Assembly: GCA_965637545.1 (NCBI GenBank)
Contig: OZ281497.1
Coordinates: forward strand, 17,298,001 to 17,362,000
Direction of reading: 5' to 3'
Source: Phallusia mammillata
Taxonomy: Eukaryota
DNA: 64,000 nt
Both the position numbers and the translations under genes were made by a program. The number at the start of each line of letters is the position of its first letter. Within the stretch, counting starts at the first letter, position 1. Below the pieces are notes generated by a model that had not been told where the DNA came from, did no database searches, and worked only from the letters and a program-made list of their open reading frames with translations. Positions 1 to 11,322 of the stretch are shown piece after piece.

Positions 1-31
1 TAGTAGCATCACTGAAGTAAAGTATATGCAG

Positions 32-639
32 ATGGTGCAGCACTAACACCTGATCACGTGATTGAGATGTGGCGGGACAGTTGTTGCCTGGACAACAGAC
101 CGACCAATTCTCGACTTCTCCTGATTTTTGACATCGTCACATCCCAACCGTGGATCAAAACGGTAAGCAACCTACAGTACGACTACGTTGCTATTCAAAC
201 GTGTCGCCTGACGTCATCAGCGGGTGACGTGGAGTCTATGGTCGGTAACCTTCCTCCAGAGCCGGGGGTCTTCACATCGGAGTGGGTGCAATGGAACTGT
301 GACGTCACAAACGGCTTGTCGGAGGCATTGAGCGCTTGGCAAACATCCGACGACACGAATCACGTGATACGACCAATCTATATGACGTCACGTCGATGGA
401 CGGACTTCGCCCTGAAAGTTCCTTTAAATGACGAAAGAAACTCGTTGGCCAAACACTGGGGATCTCACTATCCTACTGTTTGTCGCCCTTGTCTGAGTTT
501 GTCAGCGACTTGTGCTGCGAGATTACGGCTAGTGAGGCTGCTTGGCGCTCCCGGACGCCGATACAGGCGATTGAAAATGCGCTGGTTACCGCCAGAAACT
601 CTTGACACCGGGCATGGGTTTAGGCTGGTTCGATCATGA
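32..639 (+). CDS. Terminal coding exon of an unidentified gene extending left of the window
   Basis: CAG acceptor at 29-31, open frame to TGA 637-639 (ORF 58..639). Versus its duplicate at 15966-16348 I count about 18 synonymous and about 16 non-synonymous changes in this frame (e.g. GCT GCG AGA TTA CGG CTA vs GCC GCG AGG TTG CGC TTA, both AARLRL), so this frame is protein-coding. Family not recognised. Confidence 0.65.
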
Positions 640-1271
640 AGGGTTTGTTGTTACTGGAAACGCGACCATACCAACCCTATTTTCCTGAAAATAGCCAAAC
701 CCTTGACTTTTTTTCAGGCTGTGGCCAAATTAACTTTCTATGACTGCATTTTCTAACCTTTGTAGGTTAGAGGACTTTTGTCGAACTTTAGAAAAACACT
801 GCAATAAGTAGTTTTGGGGCTGAGATAGCAATACTGTGAGCAAGATAAAGCACTTGCTGTTTTTTTGTTAACTTCGAAGTTTAGTTCCACACGGCTCAGC
901 TAGCTTGCCACTGTGACTTTGTATTGGTTTTGATTGATTGTGCATCATTATTACACTCCATTACTGTTATACTACAAACTCCCTAATCTTATAATGTAGT
1001 TCTTTTCTGCACAACTTTTTAAGGAAAATGACTGAACCGTATTCATAACGTACCTACCAGCTTGACGCAAAATAGCTCAAATCTTTATTACAGTTTTGAA
1101 ACACAAGTGCGTGTTGACAATATTTCACATGTACTGCTACTACTGTATGTCTGCAATGCAATTAGATGTCGGTGCTCTTGTCATTTGGAACACGAAATGT
1201 GACTGCTCCTTAAACTGATTTTGTGCAGTTTTATTTTGTACTTCTCAATATACTTTTTATCTACGTAACGA

Positions 1272-2085
1272 AACACTTTCATACCAGACATAGCGTAAGC
1301 TGGTAAATCAACATCAAAAGTTGAATTTGATGTTTTTCAATTTGACCTTCAACTACTTTTCTGCACATTCAAATGTCCAGATCAGTTTAGCAAAGTTAAA
1401 CAGCAACCACATCTGCTACTAAACAATGAGATCGCAATAAATATAGATCCCTGTTTGCTTAGCTTTTAGAGAGGGTTCATTCCATCTGAACTTCTTTTCA
1501 CAGAACTTAACTATAGACAGGTGGCTTTCCTATATATTTCCATTTTATACTCCATTTCCTACACACGTGTTTGTGGGAATTGGTTACGCTGTAGAATGGG
1601 GGGATTATTTTTAGATTCTTAAAGCTAAATTAGTATAAAGCTTTAACCCAAATTAGGGTTTTGATCAACCCAAATTAAAGTCCATATTCTTTTTACTTCA
1701 TTATATTTTCATACATTTTAAAGAAGTAGCAAATAGTACTTCTCTTTGATGTTGCTGTCCAAGCCCTTTTTACAACAGTTAAAACCCTAACAGTATTATA
1801 AACACTAAAAATTAACAAGTCATTTTGCAGCAAAGGGGAAAGGGCCCCATAAATGTCTCGTCAAAACAATTACACTCGGCAAAAACCATGGAATTTTCAC
1901 CGTACTTTTGTCTGTACATGTCTAGGGAACTAGCTAATGTAAGGAATGGCAACCAAAACAGAATCTACAATAAAGGCTCAAAATTAACGACTCTCGTTTC
2001 AGTGCCTCCTGGCGTAAACAATCGTTATGTTATGATGATCGTATTTATATTTTTTGGGAAAAATGATTTTCTTCTGAATAATCAA
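1272..2085 (-). pseudogene. Decayed remnant of the promoter and signal-peptide exon of a copy-3-type meprin gene
   Basis: Similar to 23790-24330, which holds the copy-3 exon 1 and a TATAAAAA at 24042-24049 on the minus strand. Shared ATACCAGACATAGCGTAA at 1281, 9917 and 23793. ATG and TATA are mutated here. Confidence 0.55.
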
Positions 2086-2143
2086 TAAACTGCAGACCGT
2101 TCATAGCGGAAATATAAATGTAAAGTGAGGAATTTACACTAGA

Positions 2144-2626
2144 CAACTGTATTCAAAACACAAGTTGCCCAACCTATTGTTACGGAATAAAGCCTATGGA
2201 GCCATTTTGTGTCCAAAATGACACGGCAGGGAAAGAAAAATAACACATAAATTGTCTGATTTTTACAAACTGGAGAGCTTAGACGCGAATTTGATTTGCC
2301 AAATTGAATGAAAATTTTGGGTTCTAACATTTCAACGCAATGTTAAAAGCTAAATTGCTGTTTTTCATGTACATTTGGCCAGTTAATTTTCATGTAAACT
2401 TTAACTATTTGCGTTCAGCGAGCATTATCACGCTTAAATGTTAGAACCCCAAAGTTTTATTCGTTTTGGCTACTCAAATTTGCGTTAAAGCCCACTAGTT
2501 TGTAAAAATCAGTTAATTTATGTGTTTTTCCCTATACCTGCTGTATTAATTTGGACACAAAATGGCGTCCATGAAGCTCTATCGCGAAACAATGGGTTGG
2601 ACTACTTGTGTTTTATGTGTACTTTG
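2144..2626. mobile_element. 483-bp imperfect-palindrome MITE (CAAAGT..ACTTTG family), copy 1
   Basis: Long imperfect inverted arms; same length and arm-for-arm similarity to 52460-52942; absent from the paralogous site near 10760. Confidence 0.8.
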
Positions 2627-3225
2627 GATTAGAAGTCCCAATTTCTGGAAACTCGTGAATTTTGTCTGAGCACACGCCGTATGGTTACAAGCACATCAAA
2701 CAAGTTCAACGCGGTTTTCTGCAAACAAAACATACACTCAAAAATGGGATACCGAATAAAATAATTGTATGTCGGCAAAGGCTTACCAGGGTATCACATA
2801 TATACATAGCTTAATATCATCAGAAAGCATTGTACACACATAAAAACGTGTACTTCAAATATACGGTAAATTGGACAACCTTATTGCAACCAAGCTCACC
2901 TTGTAAAGGCAACATTATTCCTTTTCATCTGAGTTATAAATTTAGCATTACGATCTATTAGTGACAAACAAATTTTATTTAGTCACTTCAATTTCTTCTC
3001 GTAAAGTTTGCAAATTCAAACCAGCAACTAACGAACTCACGTGGTCCAAACTAAAGTTAATACAAAATCGCCAAAAGCAAAGCACAGAGAAAGAAATTAC
3101 AAGGGTATTGTTACGTCACAGGGGATTGTGGTGCAAAGCCTGCAAACACACCACAGGAGATGTGACGTGGGTAGATGGTTGAGTGATTTTTAATGTTTCA
3201 ATAAAGATTAAAATGGTATCATTTA

Positions 3226-3385
3226 GGAAAACGTATTCATTTTATTGAACAGACGTTTCGACAAAAACTTTTGTCATCATCAGTGAAATATAGAGAAAGG
3301 TTCAAGGACATAAGTTTTTGTCGAAACGTCTGTTCAATAAAATGAATACGTTTTATTCAACTTCGCTGGCAATTTGTTTTATACT
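3226..3385. mobile_element. 160-bp Penelope-like (pLTR-derived) insertion with internal inversion
   Basis: 14-bp direct repeat AATGGTATCATTTA at 3212-3225 and 3386-3399; 43-bp perfect inverted repeat (about 3228-3270 / 3312-3354); single unduplicated site in unit B at about 10779-10795. Confidence 0.75.
3243..3291 (-). ncRNA. Minimal type I hammerhead ribozyme-like core (weak stem I)
   Basis: Minus strand reads CTGATGA-T-GACAAAA(GT)TTTTGTC-GAAA-CGTC; predicted cleavage after C3252. Stem I has only 2 bp followed by an internal loop. Confidence 0.55.
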
Positions 3386-4021
3386 AATGGTATCATTTAA
3401 ATTTTAAACTTCCTTATCTGCATTAATTGAGGTGTCATTTAGCGCTAAATTATTCTTTGTGGCTATAGCGACAAGAATTGTTAAACTTTAATACAAATAA
3501 TAATATGTTGACGATTTTAAATCAGTAATCCTTGTACCAGCAGTCCCATTAGTTTTACATTTTCCAACCTTTTACTTATTTACGTAGCACTCTTTACGTT
3601 TTTTTTGTTGCAGTTCCACTGGGTTATTGTGGCGTTGACTCTCCGAAACTGTTACAATTTGTTTTGTTTTTGTTCTCGCCGGTTACCTGGCCTGCTTATG
3701 CTGGTCGTCGTCGATTCTATCTAGTTCATTTTAGCCGTCAGACCATTTTTATTCGATTTTAGCGGCTTTGAGTGACTTCTACCAACATTTTTCTCTGGGA
3801 TTTCGCTCAAGTTTCTTGCCTTCCGAAACACCAGTGGTCGATACAGATTTAGAACTAATAACCCAACCTTACGTGCACGAGGCGATTGGCTATTAAATTG
3901 ACACACTGATGTACTAATGCAGCATAGTTTATTTGCTATTTACAATTAAGTCATCATGCTTTTTTATCAGATACAGTTTTTTCGGATATATTATAAGTTA
4001 AATACAAAAGTCATTATCAAA

Positions 4022-7000
4022 TCAATCTAAAAAATAGAACGAGGAAAGCAACACAACTTGCCACCAACATTTCCAAAATCTTAAGCGTGTCGTATCCAAG
4101 GTTGTTGCACCTGACATAGTCATGGAAACAGTTGTTGTTGTTGTTGTCGTAGTCGTGGTCGTGGTCATTGCTCTCGGCGTCGTGGTTTGGGCTGCTTGCA
4201 AATACGTCCAGTTTGTCATGTCTGTATAAAAAAACATATGTCACTTCATAAGTGAAAGGGTACAAGTGTAATTTAATCATATAAGCAGGTATAGTTTTGT
4301 AGACAATCGTGTGTAAATTGAAATTTCGCCTACCGGTAACTTGAACAGATACAATAATGGAATCGTGTTTGATATACGACTTCATAGTACGCACGTTGTC
4401 CACCGCCTCAAAAGCCCTATAGCCCCATCCACTATTAAATTCCTGCAAAGATATCATTGGGAAAACAGGTTAGTTCTACTTAAAAAATAGCAACAAATTT
4501 CGACAAAACATGTTAATATGTTTACATATTACCGTGGTTGGTTGTCCCCAAGGTTTCGAGTTGGTGTCTGTGAGAAAGTTTGAAACAACGTTACTTTGCT
4601 GAAGAACGTCGGCAGTTTGATCAACGAGAGAAAGTTTGATGTATCTATTTTGAAACGGCCAATCAAGCTGATCATCATTTACTCCTTGAGCGATGTGAAA
4701 GTACACGGACATATAAGTTGAGTCAGATGACCTGCTGTCTCCTAACGGGTAAATCTAAGGATAAAGACCTCATGGTGTTTTTGTCGACATTTTTTTTCGT
4801 TCTTAGCGATGTTTTTTAAACACTCTTTTGGTAGGACTTATGTGTACATACAGATACAGATCACAAAAATTCGCCATGCTACTGTAAAACTGTAGTTTTA
4901 TCTCTAGTACCAAACCCTTGTCAAAGATAAAAACATCGTATTACCGTGAGAACAAAAGCATATCCGTCGTCTGTATACATCAAAGGACTTCTAAAACCGT
5001 CTCCTTTACTGGATGTATTTAGCTTCTCAGAAAAACCTTCAAGGGTGAAGAAACCAGTTTCACACGATCTGTCAATCACGTTGACGTCATCAATCGCAAC
5101 AACATCAGCTGAACCTAAAAGGTTGTATTTGCAAAACTCTAATCGTTGTGTTTTCGAAAGAACTAAAAAGTTTTTATATCAAAAAACAATTTACTGTACG
5201 CAGAAGTGACTTGGTTGAATATTATTGACTTTTTTAACTTTAAAGATAAACATAGGTATTTTGGTGTTTGGGTTAAACTCACAGGAAGAAATCTCCTTTT
5301 TCTGTAAACTAACAAACCTGCTGTAGCTGTAAAGAGGAGTTTAAACTCGGAAGGAGCTGACATCGTCACTCGAGCTTTCCTCCACATTTGTCCTTGGTCT
5401 CCATTTAATGTAAATATTTGACCAAGATTGCTTGAAGTAGTTGACTCCAGTGTTACACTGAAACAATATAAATTATTGTATCAACCTAAACTTTTTTGCC
5501 AAAACTTTCACATCAAAAGCATCCACACTTTAAAGTTATTGCTGTGCTTGTCGAGTGCATGTAGTATGAAAAATCAAGACATTGTTTGCTGACAGTGGAT
5601 TTCAGCAAAGGGGTACGAACATTCACCAAAGTGATAGAAGCACTTGACGACCTTGCAGCAACCAGGATGCTTCCTATTAACAGAAATAGATAGCGGCAAT
5701 TACAACTCCTACAACGCATAAAAACAACGGTGTTGGGCGTCACTGGCGACTCTTTGGTGTAACATTAAAACAATATATTCCTAAACCACGCAAAACAATA
5801 TTTTCTGATGACTCTCAATTGTGTTTACCGGTATCAGCCCGACCAAACGTTGCATCATTTTGCGGAAGAGTGGGTGAAGTTGTGGAGACTGAGTGACGTA
5901 TCCAACCTGTGCTGTTTTCCGCTACATACCCACATATCGAATTGTCTTCAAAATTGCAAAAGTACGAATACCGCTGTGTATCGCCTACGCCATACAAATG
6001 TTTACAGTACATTAGATTTAAAATCAATATGCTGTACAGTCCACCCCCACCAAAGTCGTACATCCGGCGAATTTTTGTCAGATCCCCAGAACTCATAGCT
6101 TGTCCTGTCCCGATGACATTTTGAAACGCGGGGTTAAGTGTCACTATCGATATGGATCCATTAATTCTAAAACATAACATGTTCACCATAAATGTATGTT
6201 AGTATTAATACAGTAGTAATACGATACAGTGTCTAGCAGCAACCCACGAGAACTCGTTTTGAGTGTAGTGCATGATTGAGTTGTAATCATATGGAACCCG
6301 CTGATGATCAACCAGGCTAACTTCTTCTCTATCGAAGTTATGGCGTTTGTCTAATGTAAAAAATGTGTGTTCACTTTAGATTTCTTCTGTTGCTTTTTTA
6401 CGATTTACCTTCTTCAACATTTTCCAACTGCACTATGACGTAATCGTCGCGGTCGGGTCTCGATTGTTCGTGGAAGAGACCGAGAGCGTGCAAAATTTCA
6501 TGTTGTACAGTGTCTATCAATTCACAACCGGCTCCGATTGAAAGAGATTGAGCACCACCTTGGCGTCCAACACGGGAAAAACACCTGAAATTGATAGGTT
6601 TGTTTTCAACATATTGGTTTAGTGGTATTTTCACAGTCTATACACGAACGTTTCGGAAATACTTATGTGAAATTCCAACAGTTTCATTTTTTGCCTCATA
6701 TTATGTTATAAGCACTCAGGGCCCCTACCTTAACTATTCACAAATATTATTACCATGTTCCTTAAAAGGAGCACCTAGCCACTTACCCTTTAAGTGGCGC
6801 TATGCTGATGTAGTCGGTTTCAACGGACTGGTTGACAAAATTGAAACCTGTTTTAAGCTCAAGATCTTCGATCGAATCCAAAATGGTCGCAATGGCCTGT
6901 GAAATCACCACAAAATGTTTTGATTTAAGCTAGTACTTGATATGTTTTATTCAGTTACCAGAAGCGAAAGCTGATCAGAGAAGTGGACCGGAATATTTTT

Positions 7001-8275
7001 GCTCCATCTAGTGTTCTCGTCAATAAGACCGTTTCTTGCAGTTTCCTTCAGAATATCATTGCCATGAAGAAAATTATCTAAAAACATGTTCCACGTTCTT
7101 TAAAATCTAAATTAATGACCATGTGAAGCGAACAGTTCAAAATGGATGTAAGCATCTCTTGATTTGGTGATCTCAATCAGTGCTCTTCAACCTTTTTTGG
7201 TTTGGTGAACCCTTAAAGTTGTTGTGACGAACTCATGCACCCTGTTTACTGAAAAGGTAAACAGGTAAAAAGCGAAATGAAAAATCGTTATGCATATCAT
7301 CTTGTCAATTAACTCCAAGCATATGTTGGCGAATTTTCCATGAAACATCGGCGAAAAAGCCAACACTCGATATCGTAACATCACCCGAATGCAACACAGA
7401 CACTATCAAACTATACACGGGGATAAAACATTAAAAAAGTTTACCTGGGTTATACATCATTTTAAACCTACATCTTATTCATAATATCCTGAAAGTCAAA
7501 TATTAATGGCTCATTAAAAGTTTGTAGTGCACCCTTGTATACCTTTTCGTTGGTGCCGTGCACACCGGTTGAAGAGCACTGATCTTAATGACAGTTAATA
7601 TTAGGCCAATTTACTCAGCAGTTTAACACGAAAAGCTTTTGTCAAGCCCAGTTATTTTACAAATGCCTGTTGTATATCAGTTTATCAATAGGCCGAATTA
7701 AAGCAGAGCAAGTTTTACAAGACGTCATTGCGCAATGATTATACTTAGTTTTGCAAGCCTCTGAATGGCAGTTCCGTACCTTTGTTAATTTCTGTAATTC
7801 GTCTTTTGTTACCAGCGTCGACATCAATGTTGTTGGATTTCGGGTTGTTTCCTACACCACAACTTAAGTATTAACACAATTTTTTTGCACAAAATATTCA
7901 ACTTTTGTGATTATTGTGGCATGCCACGTTGTAGCGTGGTATAACATATGAGCATTCACAACATTTTTAATTGATTTATTGGTAGGCTACAAGGTTTTTC
8001 GAACGGGAGGTTTTAATCAGCTCAGTTGTAGTTTTATGTCTAAGTCAAAAAACTATGTCGTAGGAATCTGTTTTCAAGGAATAAACTTTAATATCACCAT
8101 CCAAGTCCATTCCTCCAAGTCTTTTCGGTATAAAACTTGTCTGCAAGAAAAAAATAAATTCAATACAAATCTATTTCCCAAACGAGTAAAATTAAAAGTA
8201 AGTACATACTTGAAACTGAGGCAGTTGATAAATTAGAACAAAAATAAGAAGTCTGCCATACAGATACTTCTTCAT
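4022..8275 (-). CDS. Meprin-like astacin metalloprotease copy 1 (signal-pro-astacin-MAM-MATH-Thr stalk-GPI-like tail), 15 exons
   Basis: Spliced in frame: MKKYLYGRLLIFVLIYQLPQFQ; activation site R|NGLIDENTRW; HEILHALGLFH; Met-turn SIMHY; MAM CNFEDNSICG...AIDDV; MATH SPLMYTDDGYAF, GVNDDQLDWPF; GT-AG junctions throughout. Confidence 0.92.
7178..7581. mobile_element. hAT-like MITE in meprin copy 1 intron
   Basis: TIR CAGTGCTCTTCAACC; 8-bp TSD ATCTCAAT/ATCTTAAT; single ATCTCAAT at the empty paralogous site in copy 4 (~28182). Confidence 0.9.
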
Positions 8276-9161
8276 TTCGATTTGCGACTGCTAAATATAT
8301 CAAATGACCTCTTTAATAATCGTAAACCATATGTCTTTAACAATGCTAACAACATCTAAAGGAAGTGCTGTGTAAGTGTAATCTATAATACCAATATGAT
8401 TCATCACGCCTCTTTTTATGCATTGTTTGCGTATCGTTTTGCGTTACAGGTTCTAACCAAACTTTCCTTTATTAAACAACGTTTGAAACGTGGGTGTCCC
8501 ATCAGAATTGTATGAACAATTAAACCCGTTTGGACCGGTTCCGGCGACGTGCACTGAAGGACTCGTCTCTTGTGCCTCTTTTTGTTTTTCTTGAAAACAC
8601 AAAAAGGAGAATCATGTTTGTATATGACAGGTATTTGTGGATCGATATGTGTCTTGGAAGACATATGACACAGTGGTGTATATGTATCAGCTAATATCCT
8701 GGTTTAACATATCTCAGAATAACTTTAACCTGTGCCCCGGGAAAAGTATATAATTTCATGGTAACGTTGTTCACGCGTCCTACAAAAAAACAAACTAGTT
8801 TGTGCAATTAATAGGTTAACGCACCATCGTTTATTGCCAAAGACACCAGACTTGAACGGCCGATTATAGCACAAAGTATGCAAAGAGTATCGAATATGGA
8901 AATTATTGAATCAATAAAAAATGTCCGTGAACGGTTCTTCAGATTAAATGTCTGATAAAACATTTTTAGGCATTTAACTAATCTTTAAGTACACTTACGT
9001 ATCTGGGCGTGAAACCAACAGTTTCATAACACGGGTCAAAATCTGACATACAATTTCATGTTAAGAAATTAAATGCAAACAAAACTTTGTATAAACGGAG
9101 TAGAAACATTGCTATTTAAACAGCATTTTAGAATGATGAAATGTAGTTTCGCACCATTATT

Positions 9162-9427
9162 AGTCTATGGTCGGTGACCTTCCTCCAGAGCTGGGGGTCT
9201 TTACATGGGAGTGGATGCAATGGAATTGTGATGTCACAAACGGGTTATCGGAGGGTTTGAGCGCATGGCAAACATCCGACGACACGAATCACGTGATACG
9301 ACCAATCTATATGACGTCACGGCGATGGATGCTAAAAATTTCTTTAAACGACGAAAGAAACTCGTTGGCTAAACACTGGGGATCTCACTATCCTACTGTT
9401 TGTCGCCCTTGTCTGAGTTTGTCAGCG
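9162..9427 (+). pseudogene. 5'- and 3'-truncated duplicate of the 32-639 exon
   Basis: Matches 233-507, has an internal 12-nt deletion and no splice acceptor, then jumps to sequence matching ~816. Confidence 0.8.
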
Positions 9428-11322
9428 TAAGCTTTTTGGCTGAGATAGAAATACTGTGAGCAAGATAAAGCACTTGCTGTTTTTTTGTTAACTTCAAAAT
9501 ATAGTATCACACGGCTCAGCTAGCTTGCCACTGTGACTTTGTCTTGGTTTCAACTGATTGTGCATCATTATTACACTCTATTACTATTCATACTGCAAAC
9601 TATCTGATCTTGTGGTGTTGTTCTTACCTGCACAACTTTCCCTTGGTAGGTGCTACGGAAAATGACTGAACCGTTTTCGTGACCTACCTACCAGTTTGTC
9701 GACAGAAATAGCTCAAATGTTTTTTAAAAGTTTGCAGCACGAGTACGTGTTGACAATATTTCACATGTACTGCTCCCACTTTATTTCTGCAATGCAATTA
9801 GATGTCGGTGCTCTTGTCATTTGGAACACGAAATATCACTGGCCTTTAAACTGATTTTGTGCAGTTTTATTACATACTTCTCAATATACTTTTTATCTAC
9901 GTAACGAAACATTTTCATACCAGACATAGCGTAAGCTGGTAAATCAACATCAATGGTTGAAATATATTTTTTTTATTTTGACCTTCAACTACTTTTCTGC
10001 ACATTCAAATGACCAGATCAGTTTAGCAAAGTTAAACGATAACAACATCCGCACAAAAGTCTGCTACTAAACACTAAGATCGCAACAAATTTATATCCCA
10101 GTTTGCTTCAGAGTCGTGTTCGAGCCGTCTCCATTTTATACTCCATATCCTATTTACTAATCACATCCTTTGATCAACATTTTACACACATGATTGTTTT
10201 TGCAGCAAAAACAAATGGATCCCCACATACGTGTTTATGGGAATTGGTTGCGCTATTAAATGGTGCGATATATGAGTCTTAAAGACAAATTAATATAGAG
10301 CATCAACCCATATTAAGGTTTTGTACTTTTGTCAAGATTCTATTTACATTATTATATTGTCACATTTTTAAAAAAAAGTAGTAAAAAATACTTCTTTTCG
10401 ATATTGTTGTCCAAGCCCAAATTTTTTACAACATTTAAACCCCTGACAGTATTAGAAACACTAAGAATTAACAAGCCATTTTGCAGTAAAGAGGGTAGGG
10501 ACTCATAATTACCGTCGTAGGAGTATCGTCTTTTACAGCTCTCATCTGAACAATTAAACACGGCAAAGACCAAGATATTTTCATGAGACGATTGTCCCAT
10601 GTCGGGTCGTATTTTTTATTACTGCACTACTGTCCGTACATGTTGGTGAAACTAGTAAATGTGAGAAATGACAACCAGACAAAATCGGATGATCGGATTT
10701 ATATTTTTGGGGAAACAATGATTTTCTTCTGGATAACTATCAAACTGCAGACCGTTCATAGCCGAAACATAAAGATTAAAATTGGATCATTTAAACTTAT
10801 CTGCGCTAATTGAGGTGCCATCTAGTGGTAAATCATTTTTGTAGCTAAAGCGACTTTTGTAAGTTTCATAAATAATATGTTATACATTATGCACACATGT
10901 TCGTTACACATTTGCTATTTTTGGTATTTACGTAGCATTTAGCCCCAAAACACTCGTTAAGGTTTTTCGGTTGCAGTTCTTCTGGGTTAATGCTGTAGCG
11001 TATTGGCACTCCGAAACTTCTGCAGTTTGTTTTTATTTTTGGTCTCGCCGGTTACCTGGCTGCCTTATGGTCATCGTCGAATCTGTCTAATTTATTCCGG
11101 CCGCCAGACCATTTTTAACTGATTTTTGCGGCTTTTAGTGACTTTAACCTATCAGCTTTCTATGGGATTCCGCTCAAGTTTCTTGCTTATCGAAACACGG
11201 GTCGAAAGAAGTGGTCGAAACACATTTGTAACTCAGAACCCAACCTTTAAGGAGATTTGCTTATTACTTCGACGAACTGATGTACTAATGCAGCATGGTT
11301 TATTTGGTTTGTACAAGTCATG

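Larger units (their letters stand above)
233..9161. repeat. Segmental duplication unit A (~8.9 kb)
   Basis: Colinear similarity to 9162-15965 and 15966-29818: terminal-exon fragment, spacer, meprin gene, meprin upstream region. Confidence 0.85.

Noticed and set aside
150-400. Cluster of TGACGTCA (CRE-like) motifs suggesting a promoter
   Set aside because: They lie within a frame showing synonymous-biased divergence and are explained by codons such as TGT GAC GTC ACA.
4017-4457. 146-aa ORF reading through the last intron into an alternative acidic frame ending in a hydrophobic tail (possible intron-retention isoform)
   Set aside because: The equivalent read-through in copy 2 hits TAA inside the intron; splice phase supports the DMTNW/Thr frame in all five copies.
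8416-8664. Minus-strand ORF upstream of meprin, similar to 15286-15543
   Set aside because: Frame is broken in copy 4 and the starts differ; similarity is expected from recent duplication.
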